Positions 1 to 10,727 of a DNA stretch of 64,000 nucleotides are shown piece by piece (position 1 is the first letter of the stretch; each line of letters opens with the position of its first letter). Where the stretch lies: assembly GCA_024408855.1 (NCBI GenBank), contig JAKSUQ010000008.1, forward strand, positions 3,072-67,071. The letters run 5' to 3'. A model generated the notes under the pieces. The model was not told where the DNA came from. It saw nothing but the letters and a program-made list of their open reading frames with translations, and did not search any database. The position numbers and the translations under genes are program-made. Source of the DNA: a bacterium. Its GTDB lineage: Bacteria; Cyanobacteriota; Vampirovibrionia; Gastranaerophilales; Gastranaerophilaceae.

Positions 1-2
1 TT

Positions 3-935
3 AATTACGACAATAAATATAAAGAACTCGGAACTGCAATAGTTCATCCAAATGATCACCCATATGACAGCGATTTGCTCGAAATTAATGAAAAAAATTG
101 CATCATAAATATTATGCCAAAACCGCATAATGATGGTAATTATTATTCAAATTTGGTTAATGCGGCACTTTATATCTTTTCTCCAAAAATCTTTGATTAC
201 ATTGATAAGGACGTAATGCAAGATATCGGAAAAGATATTTTGCCGAAAATCTTGAAATCTGATGATAAAATAATTGCATACAAAACAGCTGAATATATTA
301 AAGACATGGGAACTTTAGACAGATTCGAAAAAGTAAAGCAAGATTACTTTTCCGGAAAAATTGCAAGATTGAACAAGATTAATAAACGAGCATGCATATT
401 TTTAGATAGGGATGGTGTTATTAATAAGAATATGGATAGTAACCCCTCCGTCGCAGGTTTTGAATTGTTGCCTGATGTAAAAGAAGCTATTAAGCTGATA
501 AACAATAGTGAATATTTGTCTGTTATTGTTACAAATCAACCCATGATTGCAAAAGGTTTTGTAAGTTTTTCCGAGATTAATGACATACATAAAAAAATGG
601 AAACTTTGCTTGGTGAATACGGTGCATACTTAAATGGGATTTATTTTTGTCCGCACCATCCTGAAAGTGGTTTTGCCGGGGAAATAAAAACATTGAAAAT
701 TGATTGCGATTGTAGAAAACCTAAAATCGGCATGCTTAAAGAGGCACAAGTTGAGATGAATATCGATTTTAGCAAATCTTGGATGATTGGTGATAGTGAA
801 AGAGATATTGTAGCCGGCAAAAATGCCGGATGCAAAACTGTTTCAATCGGGAATTCCAATCTCTGTGCCGATTATAATGCACAGAATTTGCTCGAAGCAG
901 TTGAATATATTATGCAAGACAATTCTAACAGTTAA
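3..935 (+). CDS. gmhB: Partial (5' truncated) sugar-phosphate nucleotidyltransferase (HddC-like) fused to D,D-heptose 1,7-bisphosphate phosphatase (GmhB, HAD family)
   Basis: Frame is open from the window edge (NYDNKYKELG...). NTP-transferase C-terminal motif YIKDMGTLDR, then HAD motifs FLDRDGVIN, VTNQP, CPHHP, CDCRKPKIGM, SWMIGDSERDI. Confidence 0.85.
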   Translation, partial: NYDNKYKELGTAIVHPNDHPYDSDLLEINEKNCIINIMPKPHNDGNYYSNLVNAALYIFSPKIFDYIDKDVMQDIGKDILPKILKSDDKIIAYKTAEYIKDMGTLDRFEKVKQDYFSGKIARLNKINKRACIFLDRDGVINKNMDSNPSVAGFELLPDVKEAIKLINNSEYLSVIVTNQPMIAKGFVSFSEINDIHKKMETLLGEYGAYLNGIYFCPHHPESGFAGEIKTLKIDCDCRKPKIGMLKEAQVEMNIDFSKSWMIGDSERDIVAGKNAGCKTVSIGNSNLCADYNAQNLLEAVEYIMQDNSNS

Positions 936-939
936 ATAT

Positions 940-967
940 TTGAACAAATCTTATTAAATGCTATAAT
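940..967 (+). promoter_or_regulatory. Putative sigma70 promoter for hddA-gmhA
   Basis: TTGAAC-16 nt-TATAAT with TGn extended -10, upstream of 1057. Confidence 0.45.
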
Positions 968-1056
968 TATAAATATTATACAAATAATATTCGGGATGTA
1001 TCGGCAAGGATTGCATATATAAATTGGAAATCAAATGTGGATGGAGATAAAGCAGA

Positions 1057-2052
1057 ATGATTATTACAAGAACACCTTTCAGGATAAGTTTTGCAGGTGG
1101 CGGTAGTGATATAAAAGATTACTATCAAGAGTACGGCGGTGCTGTTCTAAGTGTAACAATCGATAAGTACGTATATCTTTCTATGCATCCGTATTTTGAT
1201 GAAAATGCGTATTTATTAAAATATTTAAAAACAGAACAATGTAATGATGTCGAGGAAATTCAGCATCATATTATCAAGGATGTTTTTAAAAAATACAATA
1301 TAAAAGGGGTTGATTTTAATTCCAGTGCAGATATTCCGGCAGGTACAGGGTTAGCTTCATCCTCAGCATTTACCGTCGGGCTTGTTAACCTCTGCAATGC
1401 TTTTACCGGTAAATACATGGATAAAGAAGAAATTGCGGAACTTGCCTGCGAAATTGAAATTGAGGATTTGAACGAACCTATCGGTAAACAGGATCAGTAC
1501 GCTTGTTCGTGTGGCGGACTAAATTATATTGAATTTCAAAAAAATGGAAATGTTGATGTCGAAAAACTTTATTTGAGTAACGACTCCTACAAAAAACTGG
1601 AAAATAATCTATTAATGTTCTATACAGGAATTTCACGAAAAACAGGTTCAATTCTAACTGAACAAAAATCAAATATTCCAAATAAGGCGAAAACTTTGCA
1701 TAAAATGGTTCAACTTGCAAAAGATTTAAAAAAGGAATTGCTAAACGGTAATATCTCCGCAGCAGGTACTCTTTTAAATCAAGGTTGGTGCTATAAAAAA
1801 GAACTTGCTTCAAAAATAAGTAGCTCTGAGCTTGATGATATCTATAATACAGCTATACAGAACGGTGCTTTGGGCGGGAAGCTCTTAGGTGCAGGTGGCG
1901 GAGGCTTTTTTCTCTTTTATGTTGAGGATGATTATAAAGACAAAGTTAGAAAAGCGTTACTTAACTTAAAAGAAATCAATTTTAAATTTGACAATAAAGG
2001 TACAAATATAGTTTACTATAACAAGGTGGAGTTATATCGGAGTTTTGCTTAA
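1057..2052 (+). CDS. hddA: D-glycero-alpha-D-manno-heptose 7-phosphate kinase (GHMP kinase)
   Basis: MIITRTPFRISFAGGGSD, PAGTGLASSSA, GKQDQY, GGKLLGAGGGGF motifs; adjacent to gmhA. Confidence 0.88.
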   Translation: MIITRTPFRISFAGGGSDIKDYYQEYGGAVLSVTIDKYVYLSMHPYFDENAYLLKYLKTEQCNDVEEIQHHIIKDVFKKYNIKGVDFNSSADIPAGTGLASSSAFTVGLVNLCNAFTGKYMDKEEIAELACEIEIEDLNEPIGKQDQYACSCGGLNYIEFQKNGNVDVEKLYLSNDSYKKLENNLLMFYTGISRKTGSILTEQKSNIPNKAKTLHKMVQLAKDLKKELLNGNISAAGTLLNQGWCYKKELASKISSSELDDIYNTAIQNGALGGKLLGAGGGGFFLFYVEDDYKDKVRKALLNLKEINFKFDNKGTNIVYYNKVELYRSFA

Positions 2053-2670
2053 ATGAATTCATTTATTGATTGTTATTTTGAAAAAATTAAACAAACACTT
2101 GATAATATTGACAGAAACGAATTAAAAGATTTAGCAGAAATTCTTTTGTCCGCAAGAGATATGGGAAAACATATCTATATTATGGGAAATGGCGGGTCTG
2201 CATCTACCGCAAGTCATTTTGTATGTGATTTCAATAAGGGAATTCACACAAAAGATGATAAACATTTCAATGTAAGATGTCTTAATGACAATATCCCGAC
2301 TATGCTTGCTTATGCAAATGACCTCTCTTATGATGATTTGTTTGTTGAACAATTAAAGAATTTTCTTGAACCGTACGATGTTGTAATCGCTCTTTCCGGT
2401 AGCGGAAATTCAACTAATGTACTGAAAGCTATTGATTATGCAAATTCAAAAAGGGCTATTACTGTTGGAATTACAGGTTATAATGGCGGTAAACTTAAAG
2501 AAATTGCCTCAGTTTCGGTTAATACGAATATTGATGATATGCAAATTTCCGAAGATGTGCATTTAATAATTACTCATCTTCTTTTCCGTATAATTTCGGA
2601 AATGGATAGCTTGTCTGTTAGAACGTCAAATTATATGTCATCACCGGAATTAATACGGGGTATCAAATGA
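2053..2670 (+). CDS. gmhA: Phosphoheptose isomerase (SIS domain)
   Basis: GNGGSASTASHFVCD, AYAND, SGSGNSTN, QISEDVH motifs. Confidence 0.88.
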   Translation: MNSFIDCYFEKIKQTLDNIDRNELKDLAEILLSARDMGKHIYIMGNGGSASTASHFVCDFNKGIHTKDDKHFNVRCLNDNIPTMLAYANDLSYDDLFVEQLKNFLEPYDVVIALSGSGNSTNVLKAIDYANSKRAITVGITGYNGGKLKEIASVSVNTNIDDMQISEDVHLIITHLLFRIISEMDSLSVRTSNYMSSPELIRGIK

Positions 2671-4007
2671 AGTATACTATTTTAGGCGGTGGACTTTCCT
2701 CTATATCGTTAGCATATTTTTTACAAAATGATGATAGTGTTGATGAAATTAATATCTTAGAAAAAGAAGAAAACTTGGGTGGACTTTGTCGAACCTTTAA
2801 AAAAGAGGGGATAGAGTATGATGTAGGACCGCATATATTCTTTTCAAAAGATAAGGAAATTTTAGATTTCATGAATGGTTTGTTAGGTCAAAATGTGGAA
2901 ACCCACAGACGCTCAAACAAAATCATTCATAAAGGAAAATTTGTTCAATATCCGTTTGAAAATGATTTATCAAAATTGTCGCAAGAGGATATTGATTATT
3001 GTGTTAATACTTTTATGCACAATCCTTTCGAAAATTATAATGCAACAAATATGTTGCAATTTTTCTTAAAAACTTTTGGTGAGGGGATTACAAATATTTA
3101 TTTAAGACCATATAATGAGAAAATATGGAAATTTGATCCGTCTTTTATGGATACTCAAATGGTTGAAAGAATACCGAAACCGCCCAAAGAAGATATTATA
3201 AAGAGTGCAAACGGTGAAACTATTGACGGCTACTTGCATCAACTCTATTTTTCATATCCAAAAATTGGTGGTACGTTCTCTTTAATAAATGCCTTGATTT
3301 CAAAATTAAACAATAAGGTAAAATTTCATACAAATTGCTACATAAAAAAAGTAAAAAAAGTTAGTAGTGGTTTTGAAACACATACTTCTGGCAAAACATA
3401 CTATGCCGATAAAATTATTTCAACAATTCCTGTAAATGAGTTTTGTTATTTGTATGAGGATTTTTCAAAGCCAAAAGAAATTTTATCAGCGGCTGATAAT
3501 TTAAAGCACAATTCGATAGCAATATGCATAATAAATGTCAAAAAAGATTATGCAAAAGGTAATTATGCATTTACGATTGCAGATAAAAATGTAAAATTCC
3601 ATAGAATTTCAAAACTTGATTTTATGGGTGAAAATTATCATTTGGAAAATTCGGTAACTTATATGGCTGAGATTACATATAGAAAAAATGATTTAAACGA
3701 TAATGCAACAGATGAAGAATTGATTCGTGATGTAATAAGTGGGCTTAAATATATTGGTTTTATAGATTCTGAAACGGATGTTAATTTTACTGATATCAAG
3801 AGGTTTGAGTACGCGTATGTTATATATGATTTGAACCATAAAGAAAATATGAAAATTATAAAAAACTATTTTGATAATCAAGATGTTTATTTGAACGGTA
3901 GATTTGGTTCTTTTGAATATCTTAATATGGATTCAATTATTCGGCAATCAAAGAATTTAGCAAAATCGTTAATCGCTAAAAATGAATTAACTGCTTCAGT
4001 TCTATAA
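2667..4007 (+). CDS. FAD-dependent oxidoreductase (protoporphyrinogen oxidase / UDP-galactopyranose mutase-like) in a polysaccharide cluster
   Basis: N-terminal GGGLSS dinucleotide motif, LGGLCRT, DVGPHIFFS, C-terminal GRFGSFEYLNMD; 4-nt overlap with gmhA. Confidence 0.7.
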   Translation: MKYTILGGGLSSISLAYFLQNDDSVDEINILEKEENLGGLCRTFKKEGIEYDVGPHIFFSKDKEILDFMNGLLGQNVETHRRSNKIIHKGKFVQYPFENDLSKLSQEDIDYCVNTFMHNPFENYNATNMLQFFLKTFGEGITNIYLRPYNEKIWKFDPSFMDTQMVERIPKPPKEDIIKSANGETIDGYLHQLYFSYPKIGGTFSLINALISKLNNKVKFHTNCYIKKVKKVSSGFETHTSGKTYYADKIISTIPVNEFCYLYEDFSKPKEILSAADNLKHNSIAICIINVKKDYAKGNYAFTIADKNVKFHRISKLDFMGENYHLENSVTYMAEITYRKNDLNDNATDEELIRDVISGLKYIGFIDSETDVNFTDIKRFEYAYVIYDLNHKENMKIIKNYFDNQDVYLNGRFGSFEYLNMDSIIRQSKNLAKSLIAKNELTASVL

Positions 4008-4805
4008 TTCAATCAGTTTAGGTAAAGTTTGTAATTCATAGAAAACTTTAGCACTTTCGACAAAATTTTGTGGGGAAGCACTTACATAAAATTCCTTTCT
4101 GCCATTCGTTTTGTTATCGTTAAGTATAGATTTTTCGCATAAAGAATTTTTAATGTATTCAACAAAAATATCAGCAGGATCAATAAAAATGTCCTTTGAA
4201 ACGAAATTTGATAAAATTTTTGTCAAATACGGAAAATGTGTACATCCTAAAATTATTTTTTGCGGATTGTGTTTTAGCATTGTTTCAATTTGAAATTTTG
4301 TATCTAAAAGACATTCTTTAGACTCAATTGTCTTGTTTTCAACAAAATTAACCCAATTAGGGCAAGCTAATTGTATAACTTTTGTTTTTGGACTATATTT
4401 TTGAATTTCTTTTTCATAGATGTCTGATTTTATAGTTGCAGATGTTGCGAAAACACCGATAATTTCATAATTATATGAAGATATTACTTTTGTGCATGAT
4501 TGAATGATCGGATATATTTCAAAATCATATTCATTTTTAACCGTTTCATAAACAATTGCGGAGGAAGTATTACAAGCAATAACTACCGCTTTAACATTTT
4601 GTGTTTTGAAAAAGTCTAAAATTTTTCTTGCAAACATTAAAAGGTCGTTTTTAGATTTATTTCCATATGGTATATTTTTTAAATCACCAAAATAGATTGT
4701 ATTCTCATTCGGTAAAAGTTTTACAAATTTTGAATATACGGAAAGTCCACCTACTCCCGAATCAAAAAAACCTATTGGTAAATTTTTGTTTATTTCCTTA
4801 TTCAT
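4002..4805 (-). CDS. murI: Glutamate racemase
   Basis: FDSGVGGLSV, IACNTSS and LGCTHFP carry the two catalytic cysteines. Confidence 0.93.
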   Translation of the reverse strand: MNKEINKNLPIGFFDSGVGGLSVYSKFVKLLPNENTIYFGDLKNIPYGNKSKNDLLMFARKILDFFKTQNVKAVVIACNTSSAIVYETVKNEYDFEIYPIIQSCTKVISSYNYEIIGVFATSATIKSDIYEKEIQKYSPKTKVIQLACPNWVNFVENKTIESKECLLDTKFQIETMLKHNPQKIILGCTHFPYLTKILSNFVSKDIFIDPADIFVEYIKNSLCEKSILNDNKTNGRKEFYVSASPQNFVESAKVFYELQTLPKLIEL

Positions 4806-4824
4806 GTTTGCTAATTTCTTCTTT

Positions 4825-6747
4825 TTAAATTTTATTACTTTTAATAAATTCTATAATTCCATCGGCAATAGCGTTTGCCGTCTTTTGCTTTCTTTCATTT
4901 GTTAATAATTTGTTTCTTTCCGCTTCATTGGATAAAAATCCTATTTCACACAGGACTGCCGGTGCGGTTGTATGATTTATTACATAAAACATTGACTTAA
5001 ATAAGCCTCTGTCTTTAGCATCCGGAATTTCTTTCGTAAAATGTTTTTGTATAATTTCAGCTAACGGTTTACTTTGCTCATGGTACCAATGAGTTTCTAT
5101 TCCGTTAGGGTCGGTCGAAACCGTAGAATTAACGTGAATACTAACGAATACTTCAGGGTTTTCATTTTCTGTAAAAATTGTTCTGTCTTCTAATGAAACA
5201 TAACTGTCTTGTGTTCTTGTAAGTGCGACTTTGTATCCTTTGGATTTTAATAACGAAGCTACTCTCATAGTTACATCAAATGTTATGTCTTTTTCATTTA
5301 TACCTTCTCTAATGGCGCCATAGTCAGAACCTCCATGACCGGCATCTAAAACGATTTTGTTTTTTATCGGTTTTCGCTCCTTATCAATTTGTTCTACAAT
5401 TTGCGATTTTTGTTCAATTTCAGTTGAGTAGGATATTTTTAAATTCTTTGAATCAATACTTTCATCAATCTTTATTAAATCTCCCTTATGTAATGGCATA
5501 CTGATTTTTACCCCGTTTTTAGGTAAAAGTGATAACTTCATTTTTTGCAATAGAGAGCCTTTTATTGAATTTAAAAAGTTTTGTTCATTATAATTTTGTA
5601 CATTAAACAAATATATGTTAAGGTTTTCGTCATTTTTAACTATCGAATGAACAACAGGTGCAGTAAATGTAAACGTTATTTCTCCGTTTTTTGAATTAAT
5701 CTTTTTAGTTTGCGACCCTAATATATTAGATGGAGTTTGTTCTAATTTGGTATGGTCGAGGGAATCAATGTTGGCTATGAACAAAGATTGCAAGTCTTTT
5801 GAATATATGGGTATATATTTATTTGCATTAGGCGAAGTTATGACAATTCTTGCGGTATTATAATCGAATTGGCCTATCTTTGCGCTGTCCCCTCCGTTAA
5901 TCAAAGGTGCTAAAACAACTTCTTTATTTCTAAATGATTTATCGAGATATGTGTTTGGTAAATCTATTACCATTCGAGAAGGATTTTGTAAATAAAACAT
6001 TTTTGCAGCAGATACTTGTCCTATTCCGCTTACCAATAAGCCGTTATTTTTTGGAATGTACTGATTTATATAATATTTTGTTCTCAATTTCAGATTAGAG
6101 GATAAATCAACAGACGAAATTGAATCATACTTATTTCCGTCGGTGTTATTAAGTGTAGCTGTTCCAAACGCACTTTGAATTTCTTTAATAACATTTGGAT
6201 TTGTGCCGTTGGGAACTTCAAGAGGTATATTAGTTTTTTGTATTACTTGTGAACTTGATTTTATATGTGAATATTCTTCGTTTATAGAGTTGTCATTATA
6301 AATTGTATGATAATATTCGTTTTTTAATTTAAGAGAACCTATTTTGGCAATAATCAAATTATCGCTGGCAATCAAATTGATTTTTGAAGTATCAAAATCT
6401 TCTTGGAATGTAATAACTGTTCTGACAATGTTTGGATTTGTCGAAAATTGTGCTAATTTTATTCCTGTAATTGGACTGTTCTCAAAAACAAGTTGTTGTT
6501 TCTCCCCTAATAAAATTGCGTCATTGATGTCAAAATAAATCCGATTAGGATTAGTAAGCCTTACATACTTTTGAGTGGAAGCGGATAAAGCTCCTTTTGA
6601 ACCGTCTGTTGTAGAAATACAAATAACAGAAGACGAATTGTCATAATTTAACGACATTACTTTTAGCGGCGATTCATCCGCCATTACAGGAAATGTTGTA
6701 AATATGGTATATAAATATATAAGTATTAAAAAAAATAATCTCTTCAT
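4825..6747 (-). CDS. N-acetylmuramoyl-L-alanine amidase (Amidase_3) with N-terminal AMIN domains and signal peptide
   Basis: Signal peptide; two AMIN-like repeats (NPNRIYFDI, NPSRMVIDL); C-terminal LDAGHGGSD, SIHVNS, VLCEIGFLSN. Confidence 0.88.
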   Translation of the reverse strand: MKRLFFLILIYLYTIFTTFPVMADESPLKVMSLNYDNSSSVICISTTDGSKGALSASTQKYVRLTNPNRIYFDINDAILLGEKQQLVFENSPITGIKLAQFSTNPNIVRTVITFQEDFDTSKINLIASDNLIIAKIGSLKLKNEYYHTIYNDNSINEEYSHIKSSSQVIQKTNIPLEVPNGTNPNVIKEIQSAFGTATLNNTDGNKYDSISSVDLSSNLKLRTKYYINQYIPKNNGLLVSGIGQVSAAKMFYLQNPSRMVIDLPNTYLDKSFRNKEVVLAPLINGGDSAKIGQFDYNTARIVITSPNANKYIPIYSKDLQSLFIANIDSLDHTKLEQTPSNILGSQTKKINSKNGEITFTFTAPVVHSIVKNDENLNIYLFNVQNYNEQNFLNSIKGSLLQKMKLSLLPKNGVKISMPLHKGDLIKIDESIDSKNLKISYSTEIEQKSQIVEQIDKERKPIKNKIVLDAGHGGSDYGAIREGINEKDITFDVTMRVASLLKSKGYKVALTRTQDSYVSLEDRTIFTENENPEVFVSIHVNSTVSTDPNGIETHWYHEQSKPLAEIIQKHFTKEIPDAKDRGLFKSMFYVINHTTAPAVLCEIGFLSNEAERNKLLTNERKQKTANAIADGIIEFIKSNKI

Positions 6748-6821
6748 TTCTTACTTCTTTGTTATTTTGTACCAAAATAACAAAATCCCAAACCAATCAA
6801 TATATTAACAAAAAATAAACC

Positions 6822-6848
6822 AAAAAAAAAGCACCTTTTGCAAAGTGC
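6822..6848 (-). terminator. Putative intrinsic terminator after the small ORF at 6873-6998
   Basis: On the minus strand GCAC-TTTGCAAAAG-GTGC followed by T9. Confidence 0.5.
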
Positions 6849-6872
6849 CTTTGAGTAGATATTTAGATTTTT

Positions 6873-6998
6873 CTAAAAACTGAATAACCTTTCGAATTTA
6901 TACAACATGAATATTACCTGTTCTATTTTTTCCCTTATCCATAAATTAACAATTCCAATTTCATCATTAAAATTGTAACAACCCGGTAAATAATACAT
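6873..6998 (-). CDS. Small hypothetical protein, 41 aa (MYYLPGCYNFNDEIGIVNLWIREKIEQVIFMLYKFERLFSF)
   Basis: Translated by hand; AAGGAG Shine-Dalgarno 8 nt upstream of ATG; followed by a terminator. Below the ORF-track cutoff. Confidence 0.5.
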   Translation of the reverse strand: MYYLPGCYNFNDEIGIVNLWIREKIEQVIFMLYKFERLFSF

Positions 6999-7400
6999 GG
7001 CGTATGCTCCTTATAATTAATTCGACAATATCGTTAACGGCATTTTTTTGAAAAACTTTAGTAAATTTGCAATAATTGTTACAAAAATTTACATTTGCAT
7101 CTTTAAAAACTTGAAAATTTATGCGTAATTTTATGATTTGTCATGTGCCTATAATGTGCATTACAGTTGCATATTATAGATTTATCAGATTGATTTTATC
7201 TATAATAGACACTAATATTTGCGGAAACGATTTAACAATTATTGTACAAAGTACCCTTATTATCTTGACTCAAAATTTTGATGTAATACGATTATAGAAC
7301 ATGGTTTCATGTATATGGGATAATTATGTCCGAAATAGCAAAAATATAAATATTAATTTATAAACAGTGCGTACACCATTAGAATAGATGAGGTGAATTG

Positions 7401-10400
7401 ATGTCGACAAAATATGCAAAAAGAGTAACGCCAATGGGTATACCAAATACCAGACTTGACGATTTACCGGATTTAATTGACGTGCAAAAAAAATCATTTG
7501 AGTGGTTTTTAAAAGAGGGCTTGAAGGAAGAATTATTAGCATTTTCTCCAATCAAGGATTATACGGGGAGAATGGAATTGCATTTCTTGCCAAACTACAC
7601 ATTTGATAATGCAAAGTATACCGTAGAAGAAGCTCGTATTCATGATGCAACTTATGCAAAGCAGCTTCGTGTTATGGTAAGACTTGTTAACCGTGATAGC
7701 GGTGAAATAAAAGAACAGGAAGTTTATATCGGCGATATCCCGACTATGACTGAAAAGGGTACTTTTATTGTAAACGGTGCAGAGCGTGTAATCGTTTCTC
7801 AGATTGTTCGTTCTCCTGGCGTTTATTTCAAGAGGGAAGTATCTCCGACAGGTAAACGTTTGTACAATGCTACAATGATTCCTAACCGCGGGGCATGGTT
7901 GAAGTTCGAAACCGATTCAAATGATATAATTTATGTAAAGATAGATAAAAACAGAAAAATCCTTGCTACCACTTTGTTAAAAGCAATGGGCATTACTGTT
8001 TCTGAAATGGAATCTTTGTTTACTCACTTTGATTTCTTAAAGAAAACATTAGACAAAGACACAACAGAAACAACTGATGATGCATTGGTTGACTTATATA
8101 AAAAATTAAGACCGGGCGATCCTGCATCAGCTCAAGGCGGACGCCAAATTTTAGAATCAAGATTTTTTGATGACAAAAAATATGATATAGGTCGTGTAGG
8201 TCGTTATAAATTAAATAAAAAATTAAATTTAAATATTCCTAAAAACCAAAGAACATTGACTGTTCAAGACATAGTAGCATCTATCGAATATTTGATTAAT
8301 TTAACTTATGATGAAGGTTCTTTAGATGATATTGACCATTTAGGAAACAGAAGAATTCGTTCAGTAGGCGAACTTCTTCAAAACCAATTCAGAGTTGGTC
8401 TTTCGAGAGTTGAAAGAATCGTTAAAGAAAGAATGACTTTGCAGGATTCTGAAACTCTTACACCTTTGAATTTGTTAAATACTAAACCTTTAGTGGCTTC
8501 TTTAAAAGAATTTTTCGGAAGTTCACAATTATCTCAGTTTATGGATCAAATTAATCCTTTGGCTGAATTAACTCACAAAAGACGTGTTTCAGCATTAGGA
8601 CCAGGCGGTTTGCAGAGAGAAAGAGCAGGATTTGCTGTTCGTGATATTCATCCTTCTCACTACGGACGTATTTGTCCTATTGAAACCCCTGAAGGACCGA
8701 ATGCAGGTTTGATCGGTTCATTGGCAACTCATGCAAGAGTTAATGATTACGGTTTTGTAGAATCACCGTTCTTTGTTGTTAAAGACGGCGTTGTAACTGA
8801 TGAAGTTATTTATATGACAGCAGATGAAGATGAAAATTTCCGTTGTGCACCTGCTGATGTAAAATTAAATAAAGACAATACATTTAGAGACAGTCAAGTT
8901 CCAGTTCGATATCGTTCGGAATTTACGATGTGCGAAGCCTCAAAAGTTGACTACATTGGTGTTTGTCCTATTCAAATTATATCAGTTGCTACATCAATGA
9001 TTCCGTTTATTGAACATGATGATGCTAACCGTGCATTGATGGGTTCTAACATGCAACGTCAATCCGTTCCACTTTTGATAACTGAAAGACCTGTTGTTGG
9101 TACCGGTATGGAACGTCGAGTTGCAAAAGACTCCGGTATGGTTGTTTGTGCTAAAGTCGACGGTGTTGTTGAAAGAGTTGTCGGTGAAGAAATTATTATT
9201 ACTGATGTGAACGGAAAGCAACATCTGCATACATTAATGAAGTATGTTCGTTCAAACCAAGATACTTGTATTAACCAAAAACCTATTGTTAAAGAGGGTG
9301 ATAAGGTTAAAGCAGGTGATGTTATCGCGGATGGTGCATCTACCAGTTGCGGAGAACTTTCAATAGGTAAAAATATTTTAGTTGCATATATGCCTTGGGA
9401 AGGTTATAACTTCGAGGATGCTATTCTGCTTTCTGAAAGATGTGTTCATGATGATATTTTCACTTCAGTTCACATTGAGAAATTGGAAATAGATGCACGT
9501 CAGACAAAACTTGGACCTGAAGAAATTACTCGTGAAATACCTAATGTTTCAGAAGATGCGTTAAGACATTTGGATGAAAGAGGTATTGTACGTATTGGTG
9601 CCAGAGTTTATGCTGATGATATATTAGTTGGTAAGGTAACTCCAAAGGGAGAATCTGAACATCCGCCTGAAGAAAAATTGTTAAGAGCAATATTTGCTGA
9701 AAAAGCAAGAGATGTAAAAGATAATTCATTAAGAGTTCCTCATGGAGAAGGTGGTCGCGTACTTGATGTCAAGGTATTTGACAGAGAAAAGGGTGATGAA
9801 TTGCCACCTGGAGCAAATACTGTAATTAGAGTTTACATAGCACAAAAACGTAAGGTATCAGTAGGTGATAAACTTTCAGGGCGTCACGGAAATAAAGGTA
9901 TCGTTTCAAGAATACTTCCGAAAGAAGACATGCCATTCTTACCTGATGGGACTCCTGTTGATATAGTATTGAACCCACTTGGTGTTCCTTCCCGTATGAA
10001 CGTTGGTCAAACATATGAATGTTTATTAGGTTTGGCTGCATATTTAACGGGTGAACACTATGAGGCACCATCATTTGATGAAAGATATGGTGAAAATCAA
10101 TCTGAAATTGCTACAAAAGCTGAACTTATCAGAGGTATTAAAGAATCAGGTTGCGATTGGGTTAGAGAAGACGGTAAGGTATACTTAATTGACGGTAGAA
10201 CCGGTGAACCGTTTGATGAACCGATTGCAGTAGGTCTTTCTTATATTTTGAAACTTGTTCACTTGGTTGATGATAAAATTCACGCACGTTCAACCGGTCC
10301 TTACTCGTTGGTAACGCAACAACCTTTAGGTGGTAAGGCTCAATTTGGTGGACAGAGATTCGGAGAAATGGAAGTATGGGCGTTGGAAGCATATGGTGCG

Positions 10401-10715
10401 GCTTATACTCTTCAAGAAATGCTTACTATTAAGTCTGATGATGTCAACGGACGTAACAGAGCTTATGAAGCGATTGTTAAAGGTGATAATATTCCAAGAC
10501 CAGGTATTCCGGAATCATTCAAGGTTCTTGTAAGAGAATTACAAAGTATCGGTCTTGATATCACTGTTGCGAAGAAGAATGGTGTTGAAGTAGATTTGAT
10601 GAGTGATATGGACGATATGAGAAAAGCAACTCCAAAGAGAACTCTTTCGGATATTGATTCAGAGTTGTTAAATATAAACTTCTTTGAAACATCTACAACA
10701 CTCGGTGAAATATAA
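7401..10715 (+). CDS. rpoB: DNA-directed RNA polymerase beta subunit
   Basis: [46 protein letters not shown]; SD GAGGTG before ATG 7401 (TTG 7398 is an alternative start). Confidence 0.98.
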   Translation: MSTKYAKRVTPMGIPNTRLDDLPDLIDVQKKSFEWFLKEGLKEELLAFSPIKDYTGRMELHFLPNYTFDNAKYTVEEARIHDATYAKQLRVMVRLVNRDSGEIKEQEVYIGDIPTMTEKGTFIVNGAERVIVSQIVRSPGVYFKREVSPTGKRLYNATMIPNRGAWLKFETDSNDIIYVKIDKNRKILATTLLKAMGITVSEMESLFTHFDFLKKTLDKDTTETTDDALVDLYKKLRPGDPASAQGGRQILESRFFDDKKYDIGRVGRYKLNKKLNLNIPKNQRTLTVQDIVASIEYLINLTYDEGSLDDIDHLGNRRIRSVGELLQNQFRVGLSRVERIVKERMTLQDSETLTPLNLLNTKPLVASLKEFFGSSQLSQFMDQINPLAELTHKRRVSALGPGGLQRERAGFAVRDIHPSHYGRICPIETPEGPNAGLIGSLATHARVNDYGFVESPFFVVKDGVVTDEVIYMTADEDENFRCAPADVKLNKDNTFRDSQVPVRYRSEFTMCEASKVDYIGVCPIQIISVATSMIPFIEHDDANRALMGSNMQRQSVPLLITERPVVGTGMERRVAKDSGMVVCAKVDGVVERVVGEEIIITDVNGKQHLHTLMKYVRSNQDTCINQKPIVKEGDKVKAGDVIADGASTSCGELSIGKNILVAYMPWEGYNFEDAILLSERCVHDDIFTSVHIEKLEIDARQTKLGPEEITREIPNVSEDALRHLDERGIVRIGARVYADDILVGKVTPKGESEHPPEEKLLRAIFAEKARDVKDNSLRVPHGEGGRVLDVKVFDREKGDELPPGANTVIRVYIAQKRKVSVGDKLSGRHGNKGIVSRILPKEDMPFLPDGTPVDIVLNPLGVPSRMNVGQTYECLLGLAAYLTGEHYEAPSFDERYGENQSEIATKAELIRGIKESGCDWVREDGKVYLIDGRTGEPFDEPIAVGLSYILKLVHLVDDKIHARSTGPYSLVTQQPLGGKAQFGGQRFGEMEVWALEAYGAAYTLQEMLTIKSDDVNGRNRAYEAIVKGDNIPRPGIPESFKVLVRELQSIGLDITVAKKNGVEVDLMSDMDDMRKATPKRTLSDIDSELLNINFFETSTTLGEI

Positions 10716-10727
10716 GGAGAATTAAAA

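Noticed and set aside
8510-8610. Rifampicin-resistance substitutions in RpoB cluster I
   Set aside because: Residues equivalent to E. coli Q513, D516, H526 and S531 are wild type.
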